A DNA stretch of 64,000 nt from a bacterium (GTDB lineage: Bacteria > Planctomycetota > Planctomycetia > Pirellulales > Pirellulaceae): assembly GCA_024743355.1 (NCBI GenBank), contig JANSWS010000002.1:2475-66474 (forward strand), written 5' to 3'. The notes below the pieces were generated by a model that was not told the origin of the DNA, searched no databases, and saw nothing but the letters and a program-made list of their open reading frames with translations. Below, piece after piece: positions 37,487 through 48,170 of the stretch. A program made the position numbers and the translations under genes. The stretch's first letter is position 1. The number at the start of each line of letters is the position of its first letter.

Positions 37487-40060
37487 CTATCGCAGCAGCG
37501 AAAGGTCGGTGGCAGCTGAAGTCGGTTTAAAGAGCATGATTCGACTGGGGCTGAGGTATAGGATTTTATCACCCACGACGACCACGTTACCACCATCATT
37601 GCTGCGAGCCCCAAGGCTGATGCGTCGCTTGAGTTTTGGCAGAAGTTCCATCTGCTTGGGTGGGGAGGCAGGCTTGGGCAGCGAGGCATTGAAGACCATC
37701 AGCTCGCCGGCCACGGGCCATAGTACATCGCCGCCGGCAATGAATCCTCTGCCGACGCCACGCGGTTGCGGCGGCGCGTGCACAGGTCCGCTCGTGCTGG
37801 AGCCAGGAAAACGAGCATCCAAGCGGCCCGTCCATCGATTCAGCCAAGCGATACGATCTCCGCTGACAATCAAATGCTCTTCGTGCAATCCCAGCAAATG
37901 GATAGCGTCGGCGACCTGAACGGAATCCGTTGCCCAGATCAAATGGCCGCTGGTTGCGTCGAGAGCGAAGATCTCCGGGCAGTCCTGCGGTGCGCAGTAC
38001 ACCAGTCCGCGATCGCACAGGCAAGGCGTCAAATCGCGATAGCGAAAACGATCGGCGTGGGCTGTCTGGTTGGTGTCCTGCAATTGACGTTCGTACTGGG
38101 TTATCCAAACGACTTGACCGTCCAGCGGATCCAAGCACGCAATGACACCCAGGTTGGTGTTGTAAAACAGCCTACCGCCTGCTTCCGTCAAAATCTGATG
38201 CGAGATCAGATTGGCACGCTCGGTACCCTTGATCGCTCCCGCCGCCAGCACGCCCGATCGCCAGGCCAACTGTCCATTGTCACGACGAAAGGCGGCGACG
38301 CTGCGACGTAATCCCACATTGTCGCGTTGAACGATGGCCACGATGAGCAGCTCGCCCCACACGATCGGCGGGCCTTCAAATTCGCACCCGACAAACTCAG
38401 GAGGAAGCAAACGCAAGGGAAAGCCACTCAGCATGCTGCCTTGTTTCGTGAGATCCAAGCCAATCAGATAGCTTAGGGACCCGCCATCCTCGGCCGATTC
38501 TCCGTTAGCTGGGGCCGTAATGGCCGGACCCATACGGGCAAACAGACAGTCTTGATCGATGCTCAGCGTCCCCCGGGGTGTGCCAACGAAAGGGTAGCCA
38601 AGTGGCAGATGGGCGACGGAGGATACTCCGCTGTCGTAAAGAGCCGAACTCACGTTGCGTTCTGGCCAAGGTCTGCCATTCGATATTTCGTAGGCCGTAA
38701 TGCTGGTTAACTGATTCACATAAACGCGATCGGCATGGGCAACGGGATGGTAGGGTAGCGCTCCCCGGGAAGTCTCTCCCACGCGCGGCTTGCTTGCCGG
38801 ATTACGGTCGCTGTTGGCGGTGAAGAGCGGCAGCGTCTGAGTCCAAGCAGGCCACTGGCCGACGTCGATGGTAGCCGCCGAACCTGGATTACGGCGGTTG
38901 TTTCCGGCAAAAGTCGCCATGCTCGCATGGTCGCGTGACCTATCAGCAAGACGTTCCTGACTCAACTCCTCGCTCAGCCGCTTTTGTTGGGGTTGGGGCA
39001 ACAGTTCTTGTGCCCGGCTCGCCCATTGCAACCACAATTGCTGGTCGACGGATTCCGGGTCGATCGTAGCTGCGTCGAGAATACGCACTGTTGACTGAAC
39101 CAGCAGTTCCGCCGGAGGAATGTCCCATAGCGAGGGTTGTTGCAGAGAGTCTTGCAGTACTCGTTGGTTCTGCTGATCGTTTGGATCCGCCTGACGCCAG
39201 ACGATTGGCCAAGGAATGTTGCCTGCTGCGGCTGCATCGGAGACCGGGGTTCGCAGGCTCGCGCAGGCCCGCTCCGCGGCTTGCACTGCCGCGATGCCCC
39301 AGCCGCGTTCGAGATAAAGATCGGCCAAGAGCCAACAGAATAGATGCCCCCTGTCGGTAGCGAAGTAGAGCTTGGCGGCCTCTTTAGCAGCCAGGATGTC
39401 TTTGGAATCCTGAATGCGTTTCCATTCCAAACTGGCCAAATCAGACAGACGCCGCTGAAAGGTATCGCGAAGTGAGCCTTGAGAAGCCAATAGACTGACG
39501 AGTCGCCTGCGAGCCCATTCCCCCAAGGGAATAAAACGCTGCACGGCAAGTGTTCCAGCCCTTTGCACATCTCCGTCGGCGACGATGCGAATCGCCGAAC
39601 GATCAAAGAGTTTCTCGATATTAGTAATGGCCTCTTCGTACTCCCCCGCCTGAACCAATTCCTCAATTTGCTCGAGCATAAGCTTTTCGGCTGAAGATGC
39701 TTCCAGCGGAGGTGGGGGCTGAGACCATTTAGGGAGATTTGTCGACTCTTCCACGACTCGCTTATCCAACCCATTCGCATCCGCCGCAGTCGCATCCAAC
39801 GCCGCTTGGGAAGCAGGCGACTGGTCAGATTCGCCCGCGTCGACCCGTGAAGTCGAGGAAGCTTCGTTGCTGGACTGACTCCAGGCTGGGGATAGGCACG
39901 AGAAAAACCCCGAGAGCAGAATGAGCAGCATCCAGATTATTGAACTCGGGCGGCTTGGCATAGCCAAAATCGGCGACACGACTTCCGCAGTCATCTCACG
40001 CGAAATGAAAACAACTTGCCCAACAATGGGAGCGGTCTGGAGTTCGCGGAGGCGAGGCAT
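37487..40060 (-). CDS. PQQ/BamB-like beta-propeller repeat protein
   Basis: DGQLAWR, LDGQVVWITQY and ATSGHLIW repeats after a TPR-like helical region. Start may be 39961. Confidence 0.75.
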   Translation of the reverse strand: MPRLRELQTAPIVGQVVFISREMTAEVVSPILAMPSRPSSIIWMLLILLSGFFSCLSPAWSQSSNEASSTSRVDAGESDQSPASQAALDATAADANGLDKRVVEESTNLPKWSQPPPPLEASSAEKLMLEQIEELVQAGEYEEAITNIEKLFDRSAIRIVADGDVQRAGTLAVQRFIPLGEWARRRLVSLLASQGSLRDTFQRRLSDLASLEWKRIQDSKDILAAKEAAKLYFATDRGHLFCWLLADLYLERGWGIAAVQAAERACASLRTPVSDAAAAGNIPWPIVWRQADPNDQQNQRVLQDSLQQPSLWDIPPAELLVQSTVRILDAATIDPESVDQQLWLQWASRAQELLPQPQQKRLSEELSQERLADRSRDHASMATFAGNNRRNPGSAATIDVGQWPAWTQTLPLFTANSDRNPASKPRVGETSRGALPYHPVAHADRVYVNQLTSITAYEISNGRPWPERNVSSALYDSGVSSVAHLPLGYPFVGTPRGTLSIDQDCLFARMGPAITAPANGESAEDGGSLSYLIGLDLTKQGSMLSGFPLRLLPPEFVGCEFEGPPIVWGELLIVAIVQRDNVGLRRSVAAFRRDNGQLAWRSGVLAAGAIKGTERANLISHQILTEAGGRLFYNTNLGVIACLDPLDGQVVWITQYERQLQDTNQTAHADRFRYRDLTPCLCDRGLVYCAPQDCPEIFALDATSGHLIWATDSVQVADAIHLLGLHEEHLIVSGDRIAWLNRWTGRLDARFPGSSTSGPVHAPPQPRGVGRGFIAGGDVLWPVAGELMVFNASLPKPASPPKQMELLPKLKRRISLGARSNDGGNVVVVGDKILYLSPSRIMLFKPTSAATDLSLLR

Positions 40061-40073
40061 GCGGACGACCGAG

Positions 40074-40529
40074 CTAAGGACCAGCGTTAGGGGGTAAGTA
40101 CAGTTGGTACAGCATAAGGTAGACCAGCACGCCCGTCACGGAAACATAAAGCCAAATGGGCCAAGTCCATTTCGAAAGACGTTTGTGTGCAGCTCGACGG
40201 TCGGTCATTCCCAAATAAACGGAGCCCAAGGCCAAGAACGGAACCGCCATGGCAAGCACAACGTGGGTCAGCAGCAAACCGTAATAAAAATACCTGGCTG
40301 CGAGCGGTGCAATGCTGGTGTCAGTCGGGAATTTCTTGCTACCGCCTTCGATATTGAAATGGTAGGTCAGGTAGCTGGCCAGGAACAATGCGCTTACAGC
40401 TAGTGCGGCCAACATGACGGCGCGATGTGCTTTCTCCTGTTTGCGTTTGATGAGCACAAAGCCAGCAATCAGCAGCACGGTCGCGAGGCTGTTCAGTGTT
40501 ACGTTGACATGTGGCAACCACTCGATCAC
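40074..40529 (-). CDS. DUF420 family membrane protein
   Basis: LPHVNVTLN, HRAVML, YLTYH and TWPIWLYVSVTGVLVYLMLY motifs. GTG start at 40529 overlaps the SCO stop. Confidence 0.92.
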   Translation of the reverse strand: MIEWLPHVNVTLNSLATVLLIAGFVLIKRKQEKAHRAVMLAALAVSALFLASYLTYHFNIEGGSKKFPTDTSIAPLAARYFYYGLLLTHVVLAMAVPFLALGSVYLGMTDRRAAHKRLSKWTWPIWLYVSVTGVLVYLMLYQLYLPPNAGP

Positions 40530-41290
40530 GCTGAGTCGCCTTTCTGTTGCTGAATCGCGCTGACATTTTCTGAAGGCTGTCCATCCGCCTGCGCGGAAGC
40601 TTCCGCATCCGGGAGAACGCCGCCTGCGTCGAGCATGCGTTCGATATCGGCGACCAAAGCAGCCCACTGGGCATCGTCCGACCAAGTGTAAAGACCGTAG
40701 ATCTCTCCTTCCGCATCCACCAGTGCAAATTTCTCGGGATGTCCTCGGCGGACAACTCCCAAGCTGAAAATTTCCGCACCGACACGTCGGATATAGTCCA
40801 TCTTGCCGGTGAAGAACAACCATTGCTCAGGGTCTGCGTTAAACCTTTCTGCATACTCGGATAACACCTCGGGACTGTCCACTTCCGGGTCGCAAGAAAT
40901 ACTGACCAGCCGAACCGGTCGGCCTTTGAACTTTTCCTGCAGCTCCTTCACCTTGCCATTCTGCTGAACACATATGGACGGGCAGGTTGAGAAAAAGAAG
41001 CCGGCAACGTAGGGCTGTCCCTTTAGCTGCTGGCTGCCCATCTGTTGCCCCGAGCGCTCCGTTAGAACGAATTGGGTCAGCCATTCCTCGTCGGAACCAT
41101 CTGCGGCCGGACGTTTGGGTATCTTGGTACGCTCCGCATCGCGATCGCCGGTTGCCAGCACCAATTCTCCAGACTCATTCTCGACGTAGGCTCGGCCAGC
41201 CTGATCCTGGCGCAACGAATCGCCGCGGCGGGTCATGATGATCACCGCCACTCCCAGCAGTACTAGCAAAATGCCGATGAATATTCTCAT
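40526..41290 (-). CDS. SCO1/SenC copper chaperone
   Basis: FFFSTCPSIC (CxxxC), ISCDPEVDSP and a conserved His (RGHPEKF). Start refined to 41290. Confidence 0.92.
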   Translation of the reverse strand: MRIFIGILLVLLGVAVIIMTRRGDSLRQDQAGRAYVENESGELVLATGDRDAERTKIPKRPAADGSDEEWLTQFVLTERSGQQMGSQQLKGQPYVAGFFFSTCPSICVQQNGKVKELQEKFKGRPVRLVSISCDPEVDSPEVLSEYAERFNADPEQWLFFTGKMDYIRRVGAEIFSLGVVRRGHPEKFALVDAEGEIYGLYTWSDDAQWAALVADIERMLDAGGVLPDAEASAQADGQPSENVSAIQQQKGDSA

Positions 41291-42192
41291 TTCAGATCTC
41301 CTTTGGCGGGGCGGAGTACAATCATCCACGCTCCGACAAATGTTACGACCAAGAACACTATTGAGACTAGCCAACTGACCGTCAAACTTGGCAACCAATA
41401 ATTTGCGACTTCAGAATTACTGGCCAATCCGCCCGATGACGGGGACAACATCATGTGCCTCAGGCAAGACACTAAGTAGCTCATCGGATTGCAACGCATC
41501 AACCAATGCATGGCAACTTGGCCCACGCCGCTGCCCGCAGTTGGGGGTGGAATGGGAAAGAAAGCGCCACTCAGCAGCCACATGGGCAGCAGGACAAGGC
41601 TCATAACGGCATGAAATCCCTGGGTCGAGTCCATCGGCCAGGCAAACATGAATCCCAATGCGGTCAAAGCCAAAGAGGCGATGGCCAGAGCCGCCACGAT
41701 GCCCAGTAAAGCAGGACTGAAACCGAGATTTCCAGTGGCCAAGGTCAGAGCCACGAAAGCCAAGGCCTGGACAAAAGCGATGGCTCCGCCGCCGAGAATC
41801 TTGCCCAACGCAATCGTCCATCTCGGGACAGGAGCAACGAGCACATTTTGCAAGAAGCCTTCTTTGCGATCTTCAATCACCGAGATGGTCGTAAATATCG
41901 CCGTGAAGAGCACGATCAAGGCAAAGGTGCCTGGCAGATAGTACGTCATAAAATCCTGGCCGCCACTGCGGAACGCAGAATGCAACCCAGTTCCAAACAG
42001 CAGCCAGAAGAAAATCGGCTGGCCCACGGCCGCTACCACTCGATTGCGTTGCCGGAAAAATCGTATCCATTCGCGTTTGGCAAGCATCCAAACCGTAGAG
42101 CCAACGTTATTGCGAAACGGAGGTCTTAATTCCGAAGTTGCAGCTTCGCTAGAAGATGAGTGGCTCGTATGCTTCAGTTCAGCAGCTGACAC
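41287..42192 (-). CDS. ABC-2 type transporter permease
   Basis: REWIRFFRQ, EDRKEGFLQNVLVAPV, LLSGAFFP and NPMSY motifs. Confidence 0.92.
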   Translation of the reverse strand: MSAAELKHTSHSSSSEAATSELRPPFRNNVGSTVWMLAKREWIRFFRQRNRVVAAVGQPIFFWLLFGTGLHSAFRSGGQDFMTYYLPGTFALIVLFTAIFTTISVIEDRKEGFLQNVLVAPVPRWTIALGKILGGGAIAFVQALAFVALTLATGNLGFSPALLGIVAALAIASLALTALGFMFAWPMDSTQGFHAVMSLVLLPMWLLSGAFFPIPPPTAGSGVGQVAMHWLMRCNPMSYLVSCLRHMMLSPSSGGLASNSEVANYWLPSLTVSWLVSIVFLVVTFVGAWMIVLRPAKGDLK

Positions 42193-42249
42193 GTTTGATC
42201 TCGAGGCAGGAGGCTATGAATTGTGGGCGGGTAAATTTTCAGGGCTTTC

Positions 42250-43203
42250 CTATGCCGAAACCGAGGCGTCGTATTTCCAGAAGCGATGACCGGTCTTGGC
42301 GATAAAAACGTCTTCCAAGCTTGGCTGTCCCAAGGTGATGGATTGGATGAGATCTCCCATCTGTTTGGACAGGGGGGCAACGATGTCCATGGCGTTCGGG
42401 ATGCTCACCAGGATCTGATCGCTCAACTTCTGGCAGGGTACCGAGTGCTCTTCGAGCCACGCGATCACCGCATTCATGTTCGTCGAACGAATACTCAGCA
42501 CCTGATTCCCCAAACTGGCCCGCAATTCGGCTGGGGGGCCCTCGGCAACGACTGCTCCTCGATCGAGGATCGCGATGCGGTCCGCCTTGTCGGCCTCTTC
42601 CAATAGATGGGTCGTCAGCAGTACGGTCACACCACTTTCCGTGCGAAGTTGCTGGATGGCATGCCAAAGATCCAGGCGTGAAGCGGGATCAAGTCCCGTG
42701 CTGGGTTCGTCCAGCAATAGCAACTTCGGCTGGTGAAGAATTCCTTTCGCCAACTCAGCTCTACGCTTGAGGCCGCCGGAAAGTTTTTCGGTCGGCGTAG
42801 CCAGTCGCTCCTCAAGCCCCAGTTGTTCTGAGACGGCTTGGATTCTTTTTCGCAAGTCTTGCCCCGAGATACCGTACAGTGCGGCTTGGCAGCGAATGTT
42901 CTCTTCCACGGTCAGCTTGGGGTCCAAGCTCGGGTTCTGGAATACTACTCCCAGCAATGAGCGAACCGCCGCCCTTTGTTTTCTAACCGAATGGCCGAAT
43001 ACCGAGATCTCACCTTCCTGGATCATCGCCAGTGTCGAAATCAAACGGAACAGAGTCGTCTTGCCGCTTCCATTGGGGCCGAGCAGTGCAAAGATGTCAC
43101 CGCTGGCGACCGATAGATCCAAACCATCGAGGGCATGCGATGCATCGTAGCGGTAACGAATGCTACTGGCGACCAATGCTGGAAGGGTCGTTGATAAAGT
43201 CAC
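42250..43203 (-). CDS. ABC transporter ATP-binding protein (DrrA-like)
   Basis: GPNGSGKT, LSGGLKRR, LLLDEP and LLTTH motifs. Start refined to GTG 43203. Confidence 0.93.
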   Translation of the reverse strand: MTLSTTLPALVASSIRYRYDASHALDGLDLSVASGDIFALLGPNGSGKTTLFRLISTLAMIQEGEISVFGHSVRKQRAAVRSLLGVVFQNPSLDPKLTVEENIRCQAALYGISGQDLRKRIQAVSEQLGLEERLATPTEKLSGGLKRRAELAKGILHQPKLLLLDEPSTGLDPASRLDLWHAIQQLRTESGVTVLLTTHLLEEADKADRIAILDRGAVVAEGPPAELRASLGNQVLSIRSTNMNAVIAWLEEHSVPCQKLSDQILVSIPNAMDIVAPLSKQMGDLIQSITLGQPSLEDVFIAKTGHRFWKYDASVSA

Positions 43204-43363
43204 TTCGTTCGACCGGTAAGTTTGCTGTGGAAAGTAATGGGCAAGGTGGTCGGCAATAACGTCGCAGGTAGTCTCGCCAACCGCGGAATGGCCTTCCCGG
43301 CCGGAAGTTGCGTTGGTGACAGGGGCATGAACGCGGGGCTGCCACACAGGCGACTGCAGAGAT

Positions 43364-44257
43364 CTAAAGCCAGCAGGAAAGCAGAATCAGAAGCATCGTC
43401 AGTGGGAGGTGGAGCAGGCTTACATGAAGCATGCGACGCGCCGTACTTCTCTCTGGGCGACGCACGAATTGAATTGCAGCTTGCAGTTGCCAAACTGCGA
43501 CCGCGACAGCCAAGAGCATCAGGCACCAGCCGAAGACACTGCTGGCGGGAACTGCCAGCGGGGCCAACACGACCAGAGCCAGAGAACCGAGGATCGCGTG
43601 AAGCCCAGCCCCCACGCCGGATTTGTCCGTAACGGTAATCATCTTGTAGCCGGCCAATTCATACTGTTCGGCATACATGAAAGCGATGGCCATGAAGTGC
43701 GGTAACTGCCAGGCGATCAAGATTCCCAGCAGAACCCAGGCCTGGGGATCCCACAGTGATCCATCGGCAGCCGTCCACCCCATCCATACGGGCAGCGCGC
43801 CAGGGATCGTACCTACCAAAGTGTTCGTCCAGCTTACGGTCTTCAGGGGAGTATAAACCCAAACATACAGAAACCATGTCGCCAGGCCACACCACATGGT
43901 CGGCAGATTGACCAGCATGCCCAAGTACACGGAACCCACCACAACCATCAGCCAGCCCATCCAGGCTGCCTGGCTGGAGGCCACTCGACCACTGGGAAGC
44001 GGGCGTTTGCTGGTTCGAACCATCACCGCATCACGGTCACGCTCCAACCACTGGTTCAATACGCTAGCGCTAGCTGCCACCAATGCCGTTCCGATGCATG
44101 CATGCAGCACCGTGACCAAGCCAACGCTAGAACCCACGGCAACCATCGCGATCACGACAGTCAGCAGAATCATGATCAAGATTCGCGGCTTGGTGAGTTC
44201 GATGTAATAGGAGAGCCGTTTGGCTGGAATCGCTGGTTTTAGAGTTGTTGCTTCCAC
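43364..44257 (-). CDS. ctaB: Protoheme IX farnesyltransferase (heme o synthase)
   Basis: ELTKPRI, NQWLERDRDAVMVRTSKRPLPSG, YTPLK and WQLPHF motifs. Confidence 0.96.
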   Translation of the reverse strand: MEATTLKPAIPAKRLSYYIELTKPRILIMILLTVVIAMVAVGSSVGLVTVLHACIGTALVAASASVLNQWLERDRDAVMVRTSKRPLPSGRVASSQAAWMGWLMVVVGSVYLGMLVNLPTMWCGLATWFLYVWVYTPLKTVSWTNTLVGTIPGALPVWMGWTAADGSLWDPQAWVLLGILIAWQLPHFMAIAFMYAEQYELAGYKMITVTDKSGVGAGLHAILGSLALVVLAPLAVPASSVFGWCLMLLAVAVAVWQLQAAIQFVRRPERSTARRMLHVSLLHLPLTMLLILLSCWL

Positions 44258-44267
44258 ATTTGCCTCG

Positions 44268-45308
44268 CTAATTCGCGGGAACTTGCGTGCTTGTCGCCCG
44301 CGAACGCCATGCTCGAAGAGCCACCACGGTTGAAAGACTGATGATCAGTGCACCCGTGGCCACATGCGCCGTGACTACCAGGCTTTCCCAGTAACCCTTG
44401 GCCGAAATCGTGTAAGATGCCAACCAAGCGTTGAGTTCGGCCCACGGCAACGCATAGTTTACGATCCAAGTCCCAATTCCTAAAGCGATCTGAAGCAAAA
44501 CCGCGGCAAACACCAGGAAAACGGCTCGGCGCACCCGAGCGGGCAAGCCCCCGTTGAAGATGCAGGTCAGCAATAACCCCGAGGCGATCAGGGCCACCAG
44601 ACCTGCGAGCCCCAAATGCATATGCACAAAGCCTTTAAAGAGACTGTGAGGTACGGATCCGGTGACGTGTCGCAGTTGAGCTCCGACAATCAGTTGCAGG
44701 TAACTTGCGACCAATAAAGAGGAAGCCAACCAGCACAGGAACGGGCCTGTGGCATTTTGTCCTAGGGCAGTCTGGGAGCTGGCTTCTGCCGCTGGACGCT
44801 CGATCCACCAGCGAGAGCTCATCACAGCTGTGGCGGCAGCCATGGCGAAAAACAAGGGTCCGGTGCAGCCATGAATCATGGCAACCGTCCGCTCGTCCAG
44901 CAAGACCCGCGCGCCGCCCAACGCTCCCTGGGCGATCACCGCCAGCAGCAGCAGCAAAGTCCAGCGGCGAAACCAGGGCCGGCCGTCGTTCCGAAAGGCG
45001 GCTACCACCAGAGCAATCGACAGCAGGCCTGCCAGAGTTCCCAACAGCCGATGGCTATGCTCGACCAGCAAATCGAAGGGACCAAACAACCACGTGGAAG
45101 CGGGGTAGGCGAACATGTTCCAGCCGTAGGTACCCGGCCAATCCGGAACCGCCATCCCGGCGTCGTAGGTGGTGACCAATCCACCCACCCATATCAATGG
45201 AAAAACAGCTACCGTCAAAATGACCGACAGTCGGTGGACTAACGCACTGTAACCAGTTGCCAAGGAACGGTCGCCGATGTGCTTGGGATCAGGAGTTGGA
45301 TCAGCCAT
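44268..45308 (-). CDS. ctaA: Heme a synthase (COX15/CtaA)
   Basis: GMAVPDWP, EHSHRL, QGALGG and conserved TM histidines. Confidence 0.92.
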   Translation of the reverse strand: MADPTPDPKHIGDRSLATGYSALVHRLSVILTVAVFPLIWVGGLVTTYDAGMAVPDWPGTYGWNMFAYPASTWLFGPFDLLVEHSHRLLGTLAGLLSIALVVAAFRNDGRPWFRRWTLLLLLAVIAQGALGGARVLLDERTVAMIHGCTGPLFFAMAAATAVMSSRWWIERPAAEASSQTALGQNATGPFLCWLASSLLVASYLQLIVGAQLRHVTGSVPHSLFKGFVHMHLGLAGLVALIASGLLLTCIFNGGLPARVRRAVFLVFAAVLLQIALGIGTWIVNYALPWAELNAWLASYTISAKGYWESLVVTAHVATGALIISLSTVVALRAWRSRATSTQVPAN

Positions 45309-46677
45309 TTTTCGCTTGGGAACTCCCTTCCAGATCGGAAGTGGTTGCGGTCGACAGGCTATCGTCGCTCAGGTTCAACAAATAGTTCACGATGTCCCAT
45401 ACTTGGTTTGCAGTTAATCCCTGAGGATTGTCGGGCTTCATCGGTAACGCGGGCATCGGTGTACCCTCGATTCCAAAGACGATGCGACGGTAAAGATCTG
45501 CTGGTGATGAGCCACCGCGAAATACTCCCAGACGTAGATTTCTTGGCAAGATGTTTCGAGGTTTTAACGCACCTTCCTCCAGCATGGGAGACAGGGCTTC
45601 GGGATCGCGTGGATCGAATCCCAATGTCCAGTCACGCGTCCATTCGTCGTAATTGTTTTGTTGCCCATCGCCCGCGCCTTCCGGCCCGTGGCAAAAAGCA
45701 CAGCTGGCCACATTGCCTTGGAACAACTGTTTGCCTCTGGCAATGGACTGCTCGAGGGCATCGGGCATTTGAGACAAGTTGATTGATTCCGCAGCTCGCA
45801 AATCCACCCATCGTCCCACCGGCAGTTCGGCTGGCGGGCCTTCAATCGCCACCACTTGGCTTTCGGCTTCTGACCATTGCTTGGCAATCCGCTGAGTTTG
45901 AGACTGGATATGCAGCATCTGCTCCGCGTAGAGCTCAGGATCAGATTCTTTGGCAGCCTCATCGAAGACCCGTTCACCGCCATCGAAGTCCAGTTCCAAA
46001 GCCGCCTCGTTTAGCAGTCGACGCTCTAACTCTCCACGAATGGATAGATAGATCACATAGTCCGTCAGCGCTTCTAAATCCTCATCCTCCAACAAGGAGA
46101 AAGATGGCATGCTGGTTCCGACGACACCACGCAAAAGAAGCTGTTTGAGGTCGTCGCGAGTTGGCTTGCTGCCGATGGGTGTGGATTTGAATTTAAACTT
46201 TCCCAGTCGGAAGTCGCGGGGGTAGGGATTTAGCAACGCAGCCGTGGGGCCTAAACCATCACCGTTGGTGCCATGGCAACTAACGCAGTGTTCACGGAAC
46301 AGTCCAAAATGCCGACCTTCTTCGTCACTGCTGACCGCGCCGCCGGCTCGCGCCAGTCGTTCACGTGAAATCAGCGGCTGTTCGCCATCGAGAAATTCGG
46401 GCCACTTCGGTGTGTCGGGGGTACCAAAAAGAACTTCCAAGGCCTGTCCCACATCGGCCGTCGCTTGCTCCATTGGAACGGACTCGGACAATTCCAACCG
46501 CTTGGCGAGCACACGATTGGGCTCGAATGAGGGCTGTTGGCGGTTGCATCCGACTGCCATGGTCAACAGGCTGCCGACCACTATCAACGCCCGAAAGGCG
46601 GCAGCCCGAGTTGCGGTCTGCCATCGAGCCGGTAGGCCTCGCGAGGCCAGATGCCTGAATTTCCAAACTAAAAACAT
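45301..46677 (-). CDS. Diheme cytochrome c, probable lipoprotein (paralog A)
   Basis: CVSCH and CAFCH. PYPRDFRLGKFKFKSTP and GIEGTPMP motifs. Lipobox-like AVGC. Start uncertain (track start 46806). Confidence 0.85.
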   Translation of the reverse strand: MFLVWKFRHLASRGLPARWQTATRAAAFRALIVVGSLLTMAVGCNRQQPSFEPNRVLAKRLELSESVPMEQATADVGQALEVLFGTPDTPKWPEFLDGEQPLISRERLARAGGAVSSDEEGRHFGLFREHCVSCHGTNGDGLGPTAALLNPYPRDFRLGKFKFKSTPIGSKPTRDDLKQLLLRGVVGTSMPSFSLLEDEDLEALTDYVIYLSIRGELERRLLNEAALELDFDGGERVFDEAAKESDPELYAEQMLHIQSQTQRIAKQWSEAESQVVAIEGPPAELPVGRWVDLRAAESINLSQMPDALEQSIARGKQLFQGNVASCAFCHGPEGAGDGQQNNYDEWTRDWTLGFDPRDPEALSPMLEEGALKPRNILPRNLRLGVFRGGSSPADLYRRIVFGIEGTPMPALPMKPDNPQGLTANQVWDIVNYLLNLSDDSLSTATTSDLEGSSQAKNG

Positions 46678-47235
46678 TTCGATTTGATTTCTCGGAATTG
46701 CTGAACAACTATCCGCTTGACCAAGAGCCACGGCGTGCTTTACCTCTGCCCCGCCCTGCCCTTGCGGCGAAAAGCCACTGCTCCGCCGACGCATGCAACT
46801 TTCCATTTCAAAGTCATCAGGCCAGTCGAGGCGGGCGGCTTGGCGTCCATCCTGAATTGTTCGTCCACGTGCTTTCCTGCGTTAGCACCTGAATACCTGT
46901 GTTAGCAACGGGATATTTGCAGGCACAATCCATTGAAATGCCACTCTCCACGGAAACCGCTGACAGACTCGACTGCTTCCCTGAAGGCAACCGGAAAAGA
47001 TGGTGGATCTTCACGTGCCGGGTTTTCGTTTCAAACAGCGGGGGAGCGTCGTCAGGCCCTGCATTCTCCCGCTAACGGCTTCAAAGTGCAGTCCCTACAT
47101 GGCTTCCTGAGCACTAGTGAAGCAACAGGATCCAAGATTGGCAACGCGTAATCTAGCAAGCTGTTTTGGGTTGCCAAGCGACTGCAACCTTGGGATCACC
47201 AACACCGCAGGCAGAGCCTGCAAAACATCGGGTTA

Positions 47236-47382
47236 CTAGCTGGACAGCGCCACATTCGATTAGCCGTATGGGCGTTAGCCCCGGTTTTCGAAGGGTTTAG
47301 GCACCACATAGCCAGCAATCGTATTATCACGGTCAACCAGGAGTTGTCAGGAGCTTTATCGAAAGTGGCGCTGTCCAGCTAG
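47236..47382. mobile_element. MITE-like element with 21-bp TIRs flanked by CTAG
   Basis: CTAG-CTGGACAGCGCCACATTCGAT (47236-47260) and ATCGAAAGTGGCGCTGTCCAG-CTAG (47358-47382), with one mismatch in 25. Confidence 0.75.
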
Positions 47383-47573
47383 GCAGAGCCCAGTAGCCAG
47401 TTGGTTGAGAACGAGCAAGAAAGCACTGGAACTGTGCGGAGAAGCACATTTATGGCGTTTTTTTTGGACTTTTCCTGGACTCATGAATCGAACCAAAGAA
47501 GGGCCATGCAAATGACGATAACTAGGTAAAGGGGAACGGTAATGACATCTGACCAGTATTTGAGGGGGCGGCG

Positions 47574-48110
47574 ATGAGAGTATTCAGCAAGCGAAAGTGG
47601 CTCTTGGCGGCTGCTATCACAGTGCCGATGGCGGCTAGCTGGATTGCCACCTCTGGGTCGGCTCAACAAAACGATGAGGTAAAGTCAGACATTCTCAATG
47701 CGGTTCCGGATGCTAATGCCGCTGTGCTCATGCGGGCTAAGCTGGGCAGTTCTCAAAAAATCGTCGAAGGCCTGATGGCAGGCGACTTCGCAATGATTCG
47801 CAAGGGTGGGGATGATTTGGAGAAGATCTGCGATTCCAGCAACTGGAGACGGTTGGAAGACCAAGTGGTGACCCACTATCGCAGCGAATTGCGGCGAGGT
47901 GCTACCAAGCTATTGCAGCACGCCGAAGCGGAGAATCTGGAAGGCGCCGCCTACACCTACATGCACACGCTCACGACCTGCATCAACTGCCATGAGTATT
48001 CGCGTAATGTTCTGAGGATCGCCAAAGCGGATCAACCGGGTCCAGTTGTGCGGATCCCCGTCACCGAACGCGAAGCGCATTCCTACGAGCATGCCCGCAT
48101 CATACGCTAG
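47574..48110 (+). CDS. Secreted cytochrome c'-like protein
   Basis: Signal peptide, helical body, single C-terminal CINCH, as in class II cytochromes c. Confidence 0.7.
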   Translation: MRVFSKRKWLLAAAITVPMAASWIATSGSAQQNDEVKSDILNAVPDANAAVLMRAKLGSSQKIVEGLMAGDFAMIRKGGDDLEKICDSSNWRRLEDQVVTHYRSELRRGATKLLQHAEAENLEGAAYTYMHTLTTCINCHEYSRNVLRIAKADQPGPVVRIPVTEREAHSYEHARIIR

Positions 48111-48170
48111 GGTCTTCACGTCCTGACGGCATTGCGTGGGAGCGATGGGATTGAAGCTGCACAGGCTTCG

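Noticed and set aside
47153-47239. Second CTAG-bounded MITE adjacent to the 147-bp element
   Set aside because: The ends match only partly (TGTTTTG/CAAAACA at unequal spacing). Support is insufficient.
46817-47669. Small ORFs between cytochrome paralog A and the cytochrome c'-like gene
   Set aside because: No family motifs, and they overlap the MITE and the likely divergent promoter region.
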